Of a stretch of DNA of 64,000 nucleotides, positions 27,900 to 37,229 are shown one piece after another. The notes below the pieces were generated by a model. That model was not told where the DNA came from and did not search any database. It was given only the letters and a program-made list of their open reading frames with translations. The translations under genes were made by a program, and so were the position numbers. The stretch lies in the NCBI GenBank assembly GCA_016710645.1, contig JADJVI010000056.1, forward strand, positions 1,388 to 65,387. The letters run 5' to 3'. Each line of letters starts with the position of its first letter. Position 1 is the first letter of the stretch. This DNA is from Actinomycetales bacterium. GTDB lineage: Bacteria; Actinomycetota; Actinomycetes; Actinomycetales; Dermatophilaceae.

Positions 27900-28572
27900 T
27901 CAGCCGCCGCGGGTGAGTGGCGGATGCAGCACCTCGACGGGCCCACGCCGAAAGAGTTGCGCCGGCCGGCCGCCGTCGACGGTCGACAGCCGGCCGGTCG
28001 GCTCCAGGAACCCCTGCGCCGAGCTGACTTTGCGGTGGAAGTTGCGCGGGTCGAGGGCGTGCCCCCAGACCGCTTCATACACTGCCCGCAACTGCCCGAT
28101 GGTGAACTCCGGAGGGCAGAACGCCGGCCCCTAGCGAGCTGTATTCGAGCTTGGCGCGCGCCCGCTCGATGCCGTCGCGGAGGATCTTGGCGTGGTCGAA
28201 AGCCAGCTCCTGCCAACGGATTTCGTCGACGGGGGTCCACAGCGCTGCCGTAGCGTCACTGCCACCCACGACAGCCCCGAGCATCGGCGCCAGCGCGAGG
28301 AAGGCGACGGTGACGGTCGGCCCACGCGGGTCGCGCCCGGGGGTGCCATAGCTCGCCAACTGCTCCAGGTGCACGGCGCCTGCCAGCCCGGTTTCCTCGC
28401 GCAATTCCCGGTATGCCGCGTCCGCCAGGTCCTCGTGCGGCAGGACGTAGCCACCCGGGAGAGCGAGCTGGCCGGCATACGGATCGATGCCGCGACGCAC
28501 GAGCAGGACTGCCAGCCGGCCTTCTCGAATGGTGAGGACGACGAGGTCGACGGTGACGTGGAAGTCGGACAC
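27900..28572 (-). pseudogene. nrtR: NrtR-like Nudix-wHTH transcriptional regulator split by a +1 frameshift
   Basis: ORF 28075..28572 holds the Nudix domain (GGYVLPHEDLADAAYRELREETG) and ends in out-of-frame residues. ORF 27900..28091 carries the NrtR wHTH signature VYEAVWGHALDPRNFHRKV. Removing one C from CCCC at 28128-28131 restores LEYSSLGPAFCPPEFTIGQLRAVYEAVWG. Confidence 0.75.
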
Positions 28573-28601
28573 GACACCATCCTAGCTAGTTTTCGTCGAC
28601 T

Positions 28602-28644
28602 TGACGATATCGACCTTCGTCGCTTAGCGTCATCCTGACGATAT
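28602..28644. promoter_or_regulatory. two direct copies of TGACGATAT, 34 bp apart, in the AT-richer divergent promoter region (candidate operator)
   Basis: Read directly at 28602-28610 and 28636-28644, between the nrtR-like and SPFH genes. Confidence 0.3.
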
Positions 28645-28678
28645 TCAGTCAGCCGGCCACCAGCCTCAGGAGGACACC

Positions 28679-29695
28679 ATGGCCACCATCACCCGCTACC
28701 CCTTCGTCCGACACATCCGTGGCACCGCGACGAGCCACCTTGAGCACCGCGTCGGTGGCGAGGTGCGCCACGCCGGGCCGGGCGCGGCGTTCTGGTTCCG
28801 GCCGCTGCAGGCCGTCATCAGCGAGGTGCCGGTCGACGACCGTGAGCAGGCCGTGCTGGTCCGGGTGCGGACCACCGATCTGCAGGAAGTGTCGGTGCCG
28901 GGCACCGTGACCTATCGGTTTGCCGACCCCACCGCGGCCGCGAGCCGGGTCGACTTCGGCATCGACCTCGGGTCAGGCCGCTGGCGCGAGACCCCGCTGG
29001 AGACCGTCGGCGCGATGATCCACGGCGCGGTCTGGGCGGCGGTCACCGCGGCGGTCGCCGACCTCGACCTGCTCGCGATGCTGCGCCTGGACACCGCCGA
29101 ACTCGGGCAGTCGGTGACCAGCCGTCTCACCGCCGACGGGCGGCTCGCCGCGATCGGCGTCGAGGTCGTCGAGGTGCGCTTCGCGGTGCTGCGGCCCGAC
29201 CCGGACGTCGAGCGCGCCCTGCAGACCCCTGCCCGCGAGCTCATCCAGCAGGACGCCGACAAGGCGACCTTCGAGCGGCGTGCGGTGGCCGTCGAGCGTG
29301 AGGCCGCGATCGGCGAGAACGAACTGGCCAACCAGATCGAACTCGCCCGTCGCCAGGAGCAACTCATCGCCCAGAAGGGCGCCAACGCCCGCCGTAACGC
29401 CCAGGAACTCGCCGCCGCCGATGCGATCGCTGCCGAGGCCGAGGCGAGCCGGACGCTTGCCGTGGCCAATGCCAAGGCGGCCGCCGATCGGGCGGTCGGC
29501 CAGGCCGCGGCCGACACCGAGAAGGCGACGTTGGCGGCATACGAGGATGTCTCCCGCGACGTGCTGCTCGCCCTCGCGCTGCGCGAACTCGCCCAGCACC
29601 TGCCCTCGATCGACCAGCTCGTGCTGACCCCCGATGTCATCACTGGCCTGGTCAGCCGACTCGCCCTGCCGGCGCCCGCTTCGACCGAGCGCTGA
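28679..29695 (+). CDS. SPFH/band-7 domain protein with a long Ala/Glu-rich coiled-coil tail
   Basis: 338 aa. SPFH core plus ERRAVAVEREAAIGENELANQIELARRQEQLIAQKGANARR. AGGAGG is 6 nt upstream of the ATG. Confidence 0.8.
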   Translation: MATITRYPFVRHIRGTATSHLEHRVGGEVRHAGPGAAFWFRPLQAVISEVPVDDREQAVLVRVRTTDLQEVSVPGTVTYRFADPTAAASRVDFGIDLGSGRWRETPLETVGAMIHGAVWAAVTAAVADLDLLAMLRLDTAELGQSVTSRLTADGRLAAIGVEVVEVRFAVLRPDPDVERALQTPARELIQQDADKATFERRAVAVEREAAIGENELANQIELARRQEQLIAQKGANARRNAQELAAADAIAAEAEASRTLAVANAKAAADRAVGQAAADTEKATLAAYEDVSRDVLLALALRELAQHLPSIDQLVLTPDVITGLVSRLALPAPASTER

Positions 29696-29735
29696 ACCGC
29701 TCGACCCGCCGAACGATAGGAAAGGGAGAAGGAAC

Positions 29736-30626
29736 ATGAGCACCCCCAGGGCCGTCGTGGTCACCCGGGCGACGGAGTATGCCGAGCTGCTGGCTCGGCA
29801 CGGGACGCGCGGGCAGGCGGCGTTCTTTCTGCAGACCCGCGGCCGCGCGCTCGACGAGGTGGCGGCACGGCATACCGCGACTGAGGCGGCGTGCCGGGAG
29901 GTGGAGCGCGCGATCCCCGCCGACTGGCGGCGCGCGCAGGTGGAGCGGGAGGAACTGTCGCGGTTCGTCTTCGGGCCCGACGATGTCGTCGTGGTCCTCG
30001 GGCAGGACGGGCTGGTGGCCAACGTCGCGAAGTACCTCGACGGGCAGCCAGTCATCGGGCTGGATCCGACACCGGGCGCCAATGCGGGCGTGCTCGTGCC
30101 ACACCCGGCCGCTGCCGCGGGCGACCTGCTGCGGGCGGTCGTCGGCGGGCGTGGGCGGCTGGTCGAGCGGACCATGGTCGCCGCGACGGCCGACGACGGG
30201 CAGTCGCTGGTCGCGCTCAACGAAGTCTTCGTCGGGCAGCCCGGGCACCAGTCGGCGCGCTACCGGTTGGCCGTCGGCGGGGTGGCCGAGCGGCAGTCCT
30301 CGTCCGGGCTGATCGTCGGCACCGGCACCGGCGCGACCGGCTGGTGCGCCTCGCTGGCGCGGGTGCAGGCGCCCGGGATGCGGCTCCCGAGCCCGGCCGA
30401 CCCGGGGTTGGCGTGGTTCGTGCGGGAGCCCTGGCCCTCGCCGACGACGGGTGCGGACCTGGTGGCGGGGTTGTTGTCCGGGGAGGAACGGTTGGACGTG
30501 CGGGTCGAGTCCGACAGCCTGGTGGTCTTCGGGGACGGCATCGAGGCCGATCGACTCACCTTGACGTGGGGCCAAGAACTCTCGGTATGCCGTGCCCCTC
30601 GCGTCCTGCGCACCGTCGCCGGGTAG
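29736..30626 (+). CDS. ATP-NAD kinase family protein (variant GGDG motif = GQDG)
   Basis: ORF 29634..30626 trimmed to MSTPRAVVV (GGGAGAAGGA upstream). VVVLGQDGLVANV, ALNEVFVG, SSSGLIVGTGTGATGW match the NAD-kinase fold motifs. Confidence 0.7.
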   Translation: MSTPRAVVVTRATEYAELLARHGTRGQAAFFLQTRGRALDEVAARHTATEAACREVERAIPADWRRAQVEREELSRFVFGPDDVVVVLGQDGLVANVAKYLDGQPVIGLDPTPGANAGVLVPHPAAAAGDLLRAVVGGRGRLVERTMVAATADDGQSLVALNEVFVGQPGHQSARYRLAVGGVAERQSSSGLIVGTGTGATGWCASLARVQAPGMRLPSPADPGLAWFVREPWPSPTTGADLVAGLLSGEERLDVRVESDSLVVFGDGIEADRLTLTWGQELSVCRAPRVLRTVAG

Positions 30627-30764
30627 CCGGCACGGCATACGTGGCGGAGATCCCCACCAAAGGGCGTCGAGATAGCAGGGCGTCGTCGGCCGGCAGGCCC
30701 GAGGCGGACAGCTCGCGGACTACTTTTCGCGCAGTTTCTACGCTACTTTTCGCGCCTCTCCCAC

Positions 30765-30917
30765 CTACTCGCTGGTCCCCACGGCTGCAGGCGCGTGCCA
30801 TGCATGATCCTCACGTGGCTCGGCCTCGGCGAACAGACGCACGGCATTCTCGGTTGACGGGGCGACCTGCTCCTGGGCACCCGCGACCAACATCGCCTCA
30901 ACGGCGGCCTGACCCAT
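30765..30917 (-). pseudogene. 50-aa remnant resembling the N-terminus of a HEPN-type toxin partner
   Basis: My translation is MGQAAVEAMLVAGAQEQVAPSTENAVRLFAEAEPREDHAWHAPAAVGTSE*. It starts 12 nt after the NTase gene stop and is followed by a low-GC tract with a duplicated CTACTTTTCGCGC. It is too short for the ORF track. Confidence 0.3.
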
Positions 30918-30928
30918 GGTCCATCAGG

Positions 30929-31519
30929 TCACGAGGCGTCACCACCAATCAAGGCGACCATCGGGCGTGAGGTCACCGTCACCTTAAACGGATCGGCGTC
31001 TGCGGCGTCCCAGGTCTGTGGACGAACCCGCCGAATTGAGACCTCTCGACCGAGGCGTCCAGTGGCGACATCAGCCACGTCATCCAGAGCATCCGGGTCC
31101 GCTGTGCCCACCACCAGCACGTCGATGTCGTCTGGGACCGGGCCGGGCTGCTGGGCATAGCGGGCCGCCCACGACCCGTAGATCCACGCCTGCCGAATCC
31201 CCGACACGTCGGCCAGCAGCTCGCTCAACACAGGCACCGGACCGAATGTCACTGCCATCAATGCCGCCAACGGCCCAAAGACCGGACTCTCGGTTTCGGC
31301 ACGCACCAACCGTTGGTTGCCGCGGCGGACCTCCCGCACCAGCCCTGCCTGCGCCAACCGGTCAACCTCGCGCATCACGGTTGGCCCCGACACACCCACC
31401 GCCCGGGCGATCTCGACGAGGGAGAACTCGCGCTCGGGGTGAAGCATGATCCACGCGACGATGTCTCCTTGCGCCCGCGACCGCAGCAACGGCAGCAGCA
31501 GCGGAGACCCTTCTTTCAT
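30929..31519 (-). CDS. wHTH + minimal nucleotidyltransferase (MntA-like antitoxin architecture)
   Basis: N-terminal wHTH FSLVEIARAVGVSGPTVMREVDRLAQAGLV. NTase motif YGSWAARY...PDDIDVLVVG. Confidence 0.7.
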   Translation of the reverse strand: MKEGSPLLLPLLRSRAQGDIVAWIMLHPEREFSLVEIARAVGVSGPTVMREVDRLAQAGLVREVRRGNQRLVRAETESPVFGPLAALMAVTFGPVPVLSELLADVSGIRQAWIYGSWAARYAQQPGPVPDDIDVLVVGTADPDALDDVADVATGRLGREVSIRRVRPQTWDAADADPFKVTVTSRPMVALIGGDAS

Positions 31520-31610
31520 AAAAGCGACAGTAGCATCGACTTCATGAAAGGAGGCTGGAACGAGAGAGACAGGCCGAAGGCGGGCCCCATCGGACGCGCG
31601 AGGAACGAAG

Positions 31611-31683
31611 CGCGCCCGAAGGGATTCGAACCCCTAACCTTCTGATCCGTAGTCAGATGCTCTATCCGTTGAGCTACGGGCGC
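31611..31683 (-). tRNA. tRNA-Arg (anticodon ACG)
   Basis: The reverse complement GCGCCCGTAGCTCAACGGATAGAGCATCTGACTACGGATCAGAAGGTTAGGGGTTCGAATCCCTTCGGGCGCG folds as a cloverleaf with anticodon loop CTACGGA. CCA is not encoded. Confidence 0.9.
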
Positions 31684-31806
31684 TGGTCATCTCGCCGACC
31701 CACGAAGGGGAGGCGCGACGAGGAGCAAGACTAACGGCATACCGGGGCTGGGAGGAAATCGAATCCGCGGTCACCCAGCCCTCACACGACACTCCACCGC
31801 CACCCC

Positions 31807-31844
31807 CGGTATGCCGTCCGCTCACCTGGGCGGACGGCATACCG
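31807..31844. repeat. 15-bp hairpin from an inverted motif pair, located in a divergent promoter region (tRNA-Arg / pckG), so not a terminator
   Basis: CGGTATGCCGTCCGC-tcacctgg-GCGGACGGCATACCG. A further single copy lies at ~31735. Confidence 0.6.
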
Positions 31845-32039
31845 AGGGCTTGTGAGGGGACTCACCAGGCCGGGACCTCCGCCCGGTTACGGGCCCTAGG
31901 CCCCCCGGGATAGCGTGGAGTCGACCGAGACGTCTGGCACGTCTCTCGGGCGGCGTTCCGTCCGTCCCAAGCGTTGCCGGGCCCTCGACCACCGCAACCG
32001 AACGCGTCCCGCTGGACGCAGGAAAGGGACGAAGAGCCG

Positions 32040-33836
32040 ATGAGCACGACGCACAAGGCCTTGGCCGCCTGGGTCGAGGAGGTCGCCGCGCTGACGACCC
32101 CCGACAAGATCCACTGGGTCACGGGGACTCCGGAGGAGATCGACGCGCTGGCTCAGGAACTCGTCGCCGCGGGGACCTTCACGCGCCTCAACGACGAGAA
32201 GAAGCCCAACTCCTACTACTGCGCCTCCAGCCCGAGCGACGTCGCTCGCGTCGAGGACCGCACCTTCATCAACTCCGAGAAGGAGGAGGACGCCGGCCCG
32301 ACCAACCACTGGAAGGCCCCGGCCGAGATGAAGGAGATCATGCGCGGGCTGTATGCCGGCTGCATGAAGGGCCGCACGATGTACGTCATCCCGTTCGTCA
32401 TGGGCCACCTTGAGGCGGACGTGCCGATGTACGGCGTCGAGCTGTCCGACTCCGCCTACGTCGTCATCAACATGAACATCATGGCCCGCATCGGTGCGCC
32501 GGTCCTGGCTCAGATGGAGCGCGATCAGGCCGACTTCGTCCAGGGTCTGCACTCGGTCGGCGCCCCGCTCGAGCCCGGCCAGGAAGACGTGGCGTGGCCG
32601 TGCAGCGACACGAAGTACATCACCCACTACCCCGAGACCCGCGAGATCTGGTCTTACGGTTCGGGTTACGGCGGCAACGCCCTGCTGGGCAAGAAGTGCT
32701 ACTCGCTGCGCATCGCCTCCGCGATGGCCCGCGACGAGGGCTGGATGGCCGAGCACATGCTCATCCTCAAGCTCACCTCGCCCGAGGGTGTCGTCAAGTA
32801 CATCGCCGGCGCCTTCCCGTCGGCCTGTGGCAAGACCAACCTCGCCATGCTCGAGCCCGCCATCGCCGGCTGGAAGGCCGAGATGATCGGTGACGACATC
32901 GCGTGGATGCGCTTCGGTGAAGACGGCCGCCTGTATGCCGTCAACCCCGAGTTCGGTCTCTTCGGCGTTGCCCCCGGCACCGGCATGAGCACCAACCCGA
33001 TGGCCATGCGCACCATCGAGAAGGGCAACTCGATCTTCACCAACGTGGCCCTCACCGATGACGGCGACGTGTGGTGGGAGGGCATGACCAAGGAGAAGCC
33101 CGCGCACCTGACCGACTGGAAGGGCAAGAGCTGGACGCCCGACAACGGCGAGCTCTCCTCGCACCCAAACAGCCGCTTCACGACGCCGGCCTCGCAGTGC
33201 CCGATGCTGGCCGAGGAGTACAACAACCCCAACGGTGTGCCGATCGACGCGATCCTCTTCGGTGGTCGTCGCGCCACGACCGTCCCGCTGGTCTACGAAT
33301 CGCGCAACTGGACCCACGGCACCTTCGTCGGCGCCACGCTCTCGTCCGAGACGACGGCCGCGGCTGTCGGCGCGGTCGGTGTCGTGCGCCGCGACCCGAT
33401 GGCCATGCTGCCGTTCATCGGCTACCACGCCGGTGACTACATGAACCACTGGCTCGAGATCGGCAAGCAGCACGACGAGTCCAAGCTGCCCAAGATCTAC
33501 CAGGTCAACTGGTTCCGCAAGGACGCCGACGGTCACTGGCTGTGGCCCGGATTTGGCGACAACGCCCGCGTCCTCAAGTGGATCGTCGAGCGCCTCGAAG
33601 GCAAGGTCGACGCCATCGAGACCCCGGTCGGCCTCGTCCCGCGTCCGGAGGACATCGACACCACCGGCCTGGACATGGCCGACGACGATGTCGTCAAGGC
33701 CCTCAAGGTCGACGTCGAGGACTGGCGCAAGGAGCTGCCGATGATCGAGGAGTGGTTCGCCAAGTTCGGCGACAAGCTCCCGGCCGCTCTGCAGGCCGAG
33801 CTCGACGGCTTGAAAGCCCGCCTCGCGGACGCCTGA
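32040..33836 (+). CDS. pckG: phosphoenolpyruvate carboxykinase (GTP)
   Basis: ORF 31974..33836 trimmed to [11 protein letters not shown]. Strongly conserved GTP-PEPCK blocks ([47 protein letters not shown]). Confidence 0.95.
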   Translation: MSTTHKALAAWVEEVAALTTPDKIHWVTGTPEEIDALAQELVAAGTFTRLNDEKKPNSYYCASSPSDVARVEDRTFINSEKEEDAGPTNHWKAPAEMKEIMRGLYAGCMKGRTMYVIPFVMGHLEADVPMYGVELSDSAYVVINMNIMARIGAPVLAQMERDQADFVQGLHSVGAPLEPGQEDVAWPCSDTKYITHYPETREIWSYGSGYGGNALLGKKCYSLRIASAMARDEGWMAEHMLILKLTSPEGVVKYIAGAFPSACGKTNLAMLEPAIAGWKAEMIGDDIAWMRFGEDGRLYAVNPEFGLFGVAPGTGMSTNPMAMRTIEKGNSIFTNVALTDDGDVWWEGMTKEKPAHLTDWKGKSWTPDNGELSSHPNSRFTTPASQCPMLAEEYNNPNGVPIDAILFGGRRATTVPLVYESRNWTHGTFVGATLSSETTAAAVGAVGVVRRDPMAMLPFIGYHAGDYMNHWLEIGKQHDESKLPKIYQVNWFRKDADGHWLWPGFGDNARVLKWIVERLEGKVDAIETPVGLVPRPEDIDTTGLDMADDDVVKALKVDVEDWRKELPMIEEWFAKFGDKLPAALQAELDGLKARLADA

Positions 33837-33848
33837 TCGTTTTAGCAG

Positions 33849-33946
33849 GAAGGGGGCTGCGGCGTATGCCGTGGCCCCCTTCTCGTTGCCTCGTCATGTG
33901 ACGCGGATGGCCCCTTCCGGTGTCGCGAAGGGGCCATCTGCGTCAC
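33849..33946. terminator. two consecutive hairpins between convergent genes (9-bp stem with a motif copy in the loop; ~19-bp stem with one mismatch)
   Basis: GAAGGGGGC-tgcggcgtatgccgtg-GCCCCCTTC, and GTGACGCGGATGGCCCCTTC-cggtgtcgc-GAAGGGGCCATCTGCGTCAC. Confidence 0.55.
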
Positions 33947-33983
33947 GTCGCGAACAACAACAGCGTCCGGTATGCCGTGCCAC

Positions 33984-34550
33984 TCACCTCCCAGGGCCAC
34001 CCACCCCAGGGGCGCCTTGGCTGGGGTCAAACCCGGGCGGTAGCTGACCCGGCTGGCCGGACCCTCGCCCCTGACGCGTTTGACCTTGCTGACCAGGCTG
34101 ACCAGGGATCCCACCCTGGCCAGGCCCGAACCCGCCGCGTCCGCCGCCACGCTGGTCGGTCGGCGCCGAGATGCCATTCGGGGTCGCCGCAGCCGCAGCG
34201 ACCGATCCGATCGAGGACACCCCAAGGACCACAGCGGCCGCTATCGCCGTCGTGCGCCCAGACCACCGCGACCGGACGGCTGACTCTGCCGTCGAGAGAT
34301 CAGGCACCGTAGCGGCCGGAGACCCAGGCGCGGCACCGAGCGAGGCAGTGGGCGCAGCAGCGGGCGCGGCCGGCGTCTCGGTAGCGACCGGCTCACCAGC
34401 AAACGGCTCGAAAACGCCAGCCCCACCGTCAACACCCGCCTGCGACTCAGGAACGGAACCACCCGCTGCGGGGAACTGGGCTTCGGGAAGGTGCGCCACG
34501 GCATACCTCTCAGGGGGTGAAGGCGACAACAGACCAGGCGACACCTTCAT
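33984..34550 (-). CDS. hypothetical membrane-anchored Gly/Pro/Gln-rich protein
   Basis: ORF 33984..34799 tentatively trimmed to MKVSPGLL. One hydrophobic segment (TAIAAAVVLGVSSIGSVAAAAA), then a GGGRGGFGPGQGGIPGQPGQQGQ tail. Start and coding status are uncertain. Confidence 0.4.
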   Translation of the reverse strand: MKVSPGLLSPSPPERYAVAHLPEAQFPAAGGSVPESQAGVDGGAGVFEPFAGEPVATETPAAPAAAPTASLGAAPGSPAATVPDLSTAESAVRSRWSGRTTAIAAAVVLGVSSIGSVAAAAATPNGISAPTDQRGGGRGGFGPGQGGIPGQPGQQGQTRQGRGSGQPGQLPPGFDPSQGAPGVGGPGR

Positions 34551-34674
34551 CGCCCTCCCTGTGACGACGCTGTGCCGACCCTGATGCGCGGCCATGATCT
34601 GCGACGATGGCTTCACAGGAAACCCACAGCTAAGCCACATCAAGCGGACAACGCGCACCGAGAGAGTCGGCACC

Positions 34675-35430
34675 ATGAACCTGAACTCGGCCAACCCAGC
34701 CACCTCGGTCAAGCCGCAGAAGCTCGAGCGCCCCGACGGCACTCCCCCGCGGGTGCTCGTCGTCGACGACGAGCACAACCTCACCGAGCTGCTGAGCATG
34801 GCGCTGCGCTACGAGGGCTGGGAGGTGCGCGCCGCCGGCAGTGGCATGGCGGCCGTGCGCGCGGCCCGCGAGTTCGAGCCCGACGCGGTCGCGCTCGACA
34901 TGATGCTGCCCGACATGGACGGCCTCGAAGTGCTGCGCCGGATGCGCGAGCACAACGACCGCATCCCGGTCCTGTTCCTCACTGCCCGCGACGCCGTCGA
35001 GGACCGCATCGCCGGCCTCACCGCGGGCGGCGACGACTACGTCACCAAGCCGTTCAGCCTCGAAGAGGTCGTCGCCCGGCTGCGCGCCCTGATGCGCCGC
35101 ACCGTGCTCGTCGCGCAGGAGGAGGACGACTCGATGCTCGTGGTCGGTGACCTCACCCTCGACGAGGACTCGCACGAGGTCACCCGCGGCGGCGAGGCGA
35201 TCCAGCTCACGGCGACCGAGTTCGAGCTGCTGCGCTACCTCATGCGCAACCCCAAGCGGGTGCTCTCCAAGGCCCAGATCCTCGATCGAGTCTGGAACTA
35301 CGACTTCGGCGGCCAGGCCAATGTCGTCGAGCTCTACATCTCCTACCTGCGCAAGAAGATCGACGCCGGCCGCGACCCGATGATCCACACCATGCGCGGG
35401 GTCGGTTACGTCCTCAAGCCGGCTTCCTGA
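34675..35430 (+). CDS. OmpR-family response regulator
   Basis: ORF 34594..35430 trimmed to MNLNSANP. VLVVDDEHNL...LDMMLPDMDG receiver domain. LTATEFELLRYLM...VELYISYLRKKID winged helix. Confidence 0.9.
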   Translation: MNLNSANPATSVKPQKLERPDGTPPRVLVVDDEHNLTELLSMALRYEGWEVRAAGSGMAAVRAAREFEPDAVALDMMLPDMDGLEVLRRMREHNDRIPVLFLTARDAVEDRIAGLTAGGDDYVTKPFSLEEVVARLRALMRRTVLVAQEEDDSMLVVGDLTLDEDSHEVTRGGEAIQLTATEFELLRYLMRNPKRVLSKAQILDRVWNYDFGGQANVVELYISYLRKKIDAGRDPMIHTMRGVGYVLKPAS

Positions 35431-35431
35431 C

Positions 35432-37039
35432 GTGTCGGTTTCACCAGCATCCGGTATGCCGTCCGGCACCGCGGGGACCCCCGATGCGCCGTCCGCCACC
35501 GCGGTGGCAACGGGTGCCCCGGGTATGCCGTCCGGCGCCTCGGGCGACTCCGGCTGGTCCCCTGCCGAGGGCGGATCGTGGCGCCGCCCGGCCTCGTGGT
35601 CGCTGCGCGCCAAGCTCGTGGCGTCGATGCTGGCTCTGTTCACCGTCATCACCCTCATCTCCAGCGCCGCATCGGTCGTGTCGCTCAACCGCTTCCTCAC
35701 CGGGCAGCTCGACGACCAGTTGCGCACCTCCATGCGGGCGCTGCCCCCCGGCCTCGGCGGCACCAACCAGACGCCGGACCACCGGGACGACGGCCGCGGG
35801 CCGGGTGACGAAGGGTTCATCGTCGCCGTCGTCAATGGCGTGCAATGGACCCGCCCCCGCGACACCATCACGACCGACCAGGTCGCCGTCCTGGAGTCGG
35901 CCGGCCTGGGCAAGGAGCCTCAGGATCTCGAGCTCGGCGGCGACCTCGGGCTGTATCGGGTGCTGGCCAGCTCGCCCAGCCCCAGCACGGTCGTCTACGT
36001 CGGCTTGCCGAAGTCACGCCAGGACAACGCCATCGGCAACGCCCTGCGCACCGCGGTGCTGGCAACGCTCGCCGGCTTGGTCGCCATGGCGGCCGGCGGA
36101 CTGTGGCTGGTCAAGCGCAATCTGCGCCCGCTCACCCGCGTCGCCGCGACGGCGACCAGCGTCTCCAAATTGCACCTGTCCTCCGGCCAGGTGGCGCTCG
36201 CCGAACGCGTCGCACCCGAGGACACCGACCCGCATACCGAGGTCGGCAAGGTGGGCCTAGCCCTCAACGAGCTGCTCGACCATGTCGACGACGCCCTCAA
36301 CGCCCGACACGAGAGCGAGCAGCGGGTGCGCCAGTTCGTCGCCGACGCGTCGCACGAGCTGCGCACTCCGTTGGCGTCTATCCGGGGGTACGCCGAGCTG
36401 ACCAAGCGCGAGCGAGAGCCGGTGCCGGCGTCGGTCGTGCATGCCCTGGGCCGCGTCGAGTCCGAGGCGACCCGAATGTCGAGCCTGGTCGAGGACCTGC
36501 TCTTGCTCGCTCGTCTGGATGCCGGTCGACCGCTGGACACGGCCTCGGTCGACCTCACCGAAATCGCGATCAACGCGGTCAGCGACGCGCACGCCGCCTC
36601 CCCGGAGCACAAGTGGCGATTGGAGTTGCCCGATGAGCCGGTGATCGTCCAGGGCGACGGGCAACGGCTGCACCAGATCCTCGCCAACTTGCTGGCCAAC
36701 GCCCGGGTCCACACGGTGCCCGGCACGACGGTGCTCACATCGATCACCCGCGAGCCGGGCAGGGTGCGGCTCAGCGTCCACGACGACGGTCCCGGCGTGC
36801 CGGCCGAGCTGCAGAAGAGCGTCTTCCAACGCTTCGCCCGAGGCGACTCGTCACGCAACCGCGCGGCGGGCAGCACTGGGCTGGGGTTGTCGATCGTGGC
36901 CGCCGTTGCGGGGGCTCATGGGGGCACTGTCGAGCTGACCAGCAAGCCGTCCGACACGACCTTCTCGGTCGTTCTGCCGGACCTCGCCGGGCCCGCTGCG
37001 GTGCCGGCACCCACAACGGCTCACCGCGCCACCCCCTGA
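35432..37039 (+). CDS. sensor histidine kinase (2 TM, HAMP, HisKA, HATPase_c)
   Basis: H-box ASHELRTPLASIRGYAEL, N-box LLANARVHT, G-boxes HDDGPGVP and GLGLSIV. The N-terminal 45 aa are low complexity and hold two motif copies (GMPSG twice). Confidence 0.85.
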   Translation: MSVSPASGMPSGTAGTPDAPSATAVATGAPGMPSGASGDSGWSPAEGGSWRRPASWSLRAKLVASMLALFTVITLISSAASVVSLNRFLTGQLDDQLRTSMRALPPGLGGTNQTPDHRDDGRGPGDEGFIVAVVNGVQWTRPRDTITTDQVAVLESAGLGKEPQDLELGGDLGLYRVLASSPSPSTVVYVGLPKSRQDNAIGNALRTAVLATLAGLVAMAAGGLWLVKRNLRPLTRVAATATSVSKLHLSSGQVALAERVAPEDTDPHTEVGKVGLALNELLDHVDDALNARHESEQRVRQFVADASHELRTPLASIRGYAELTKREREPVPASVVHALGRVESEATRMSSLVEDLLLLARLDAGRPLDTASVDLTEIAINAVSDAHAASPEHKWRLELPDEPVIVQGDGQRLHQILANLLANARVHTVPGTTVLTSITREPGRVRLSVHDDGPGVPAELQKSVFQRFARGDSSRNRAAGSTGLGLSIVAAVAGAHGGTVELTSKPSDTTFSVVLPDLAGPAAVPAPTTAHRATP

Positions 37040-37086
37040 CTCGCTGAACCCTGACCCCCTGTTCGTCCGGCTGCCCCGCGGCAGGG

Positions 37087-37146
37087 GATCGCGATCACCT
37101 CACCTGGGTCGCGCTATAGCGGTACCCAAGTCAACAGATCGCGATC
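37087..37146. promoter_or_regulatory. two copies of the perfect 10-bp palindrome GATCGCGATC exactly 50 bp apart, upstream of the GT39 gene
   Basis: Read directly at 37087-37096 and 37137-37146. Confidence 0.3.
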
Positions 37147-37229
37147 CCGAAAGCCAACTCGCGCAGCTCACTGAGCACTGCTGGATCCCTCAAAGCTGGC
37201 TCACAGTCAGCGCCGCGAACCTCGAAGGC

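Noticed and set aside
24064-31683. Classical integrated genomic island or prophage between kdpE and tRNA-Arg
   Set aside because: The content is accessory-like, but I see no integrase, no direct repeat of the tRNA-Arg 3' end, and no phage structural genes. I describe it only as an accessory-looking stretch.
33984-34799. Full 271-aa minus-strand ORF as annotated by the track
   Set aside because: The first ~80 residues are Ser/Arg/Cys-rich and overlap the response-regulator promoter region. Only the shorter version is kept, and that with low confidence.
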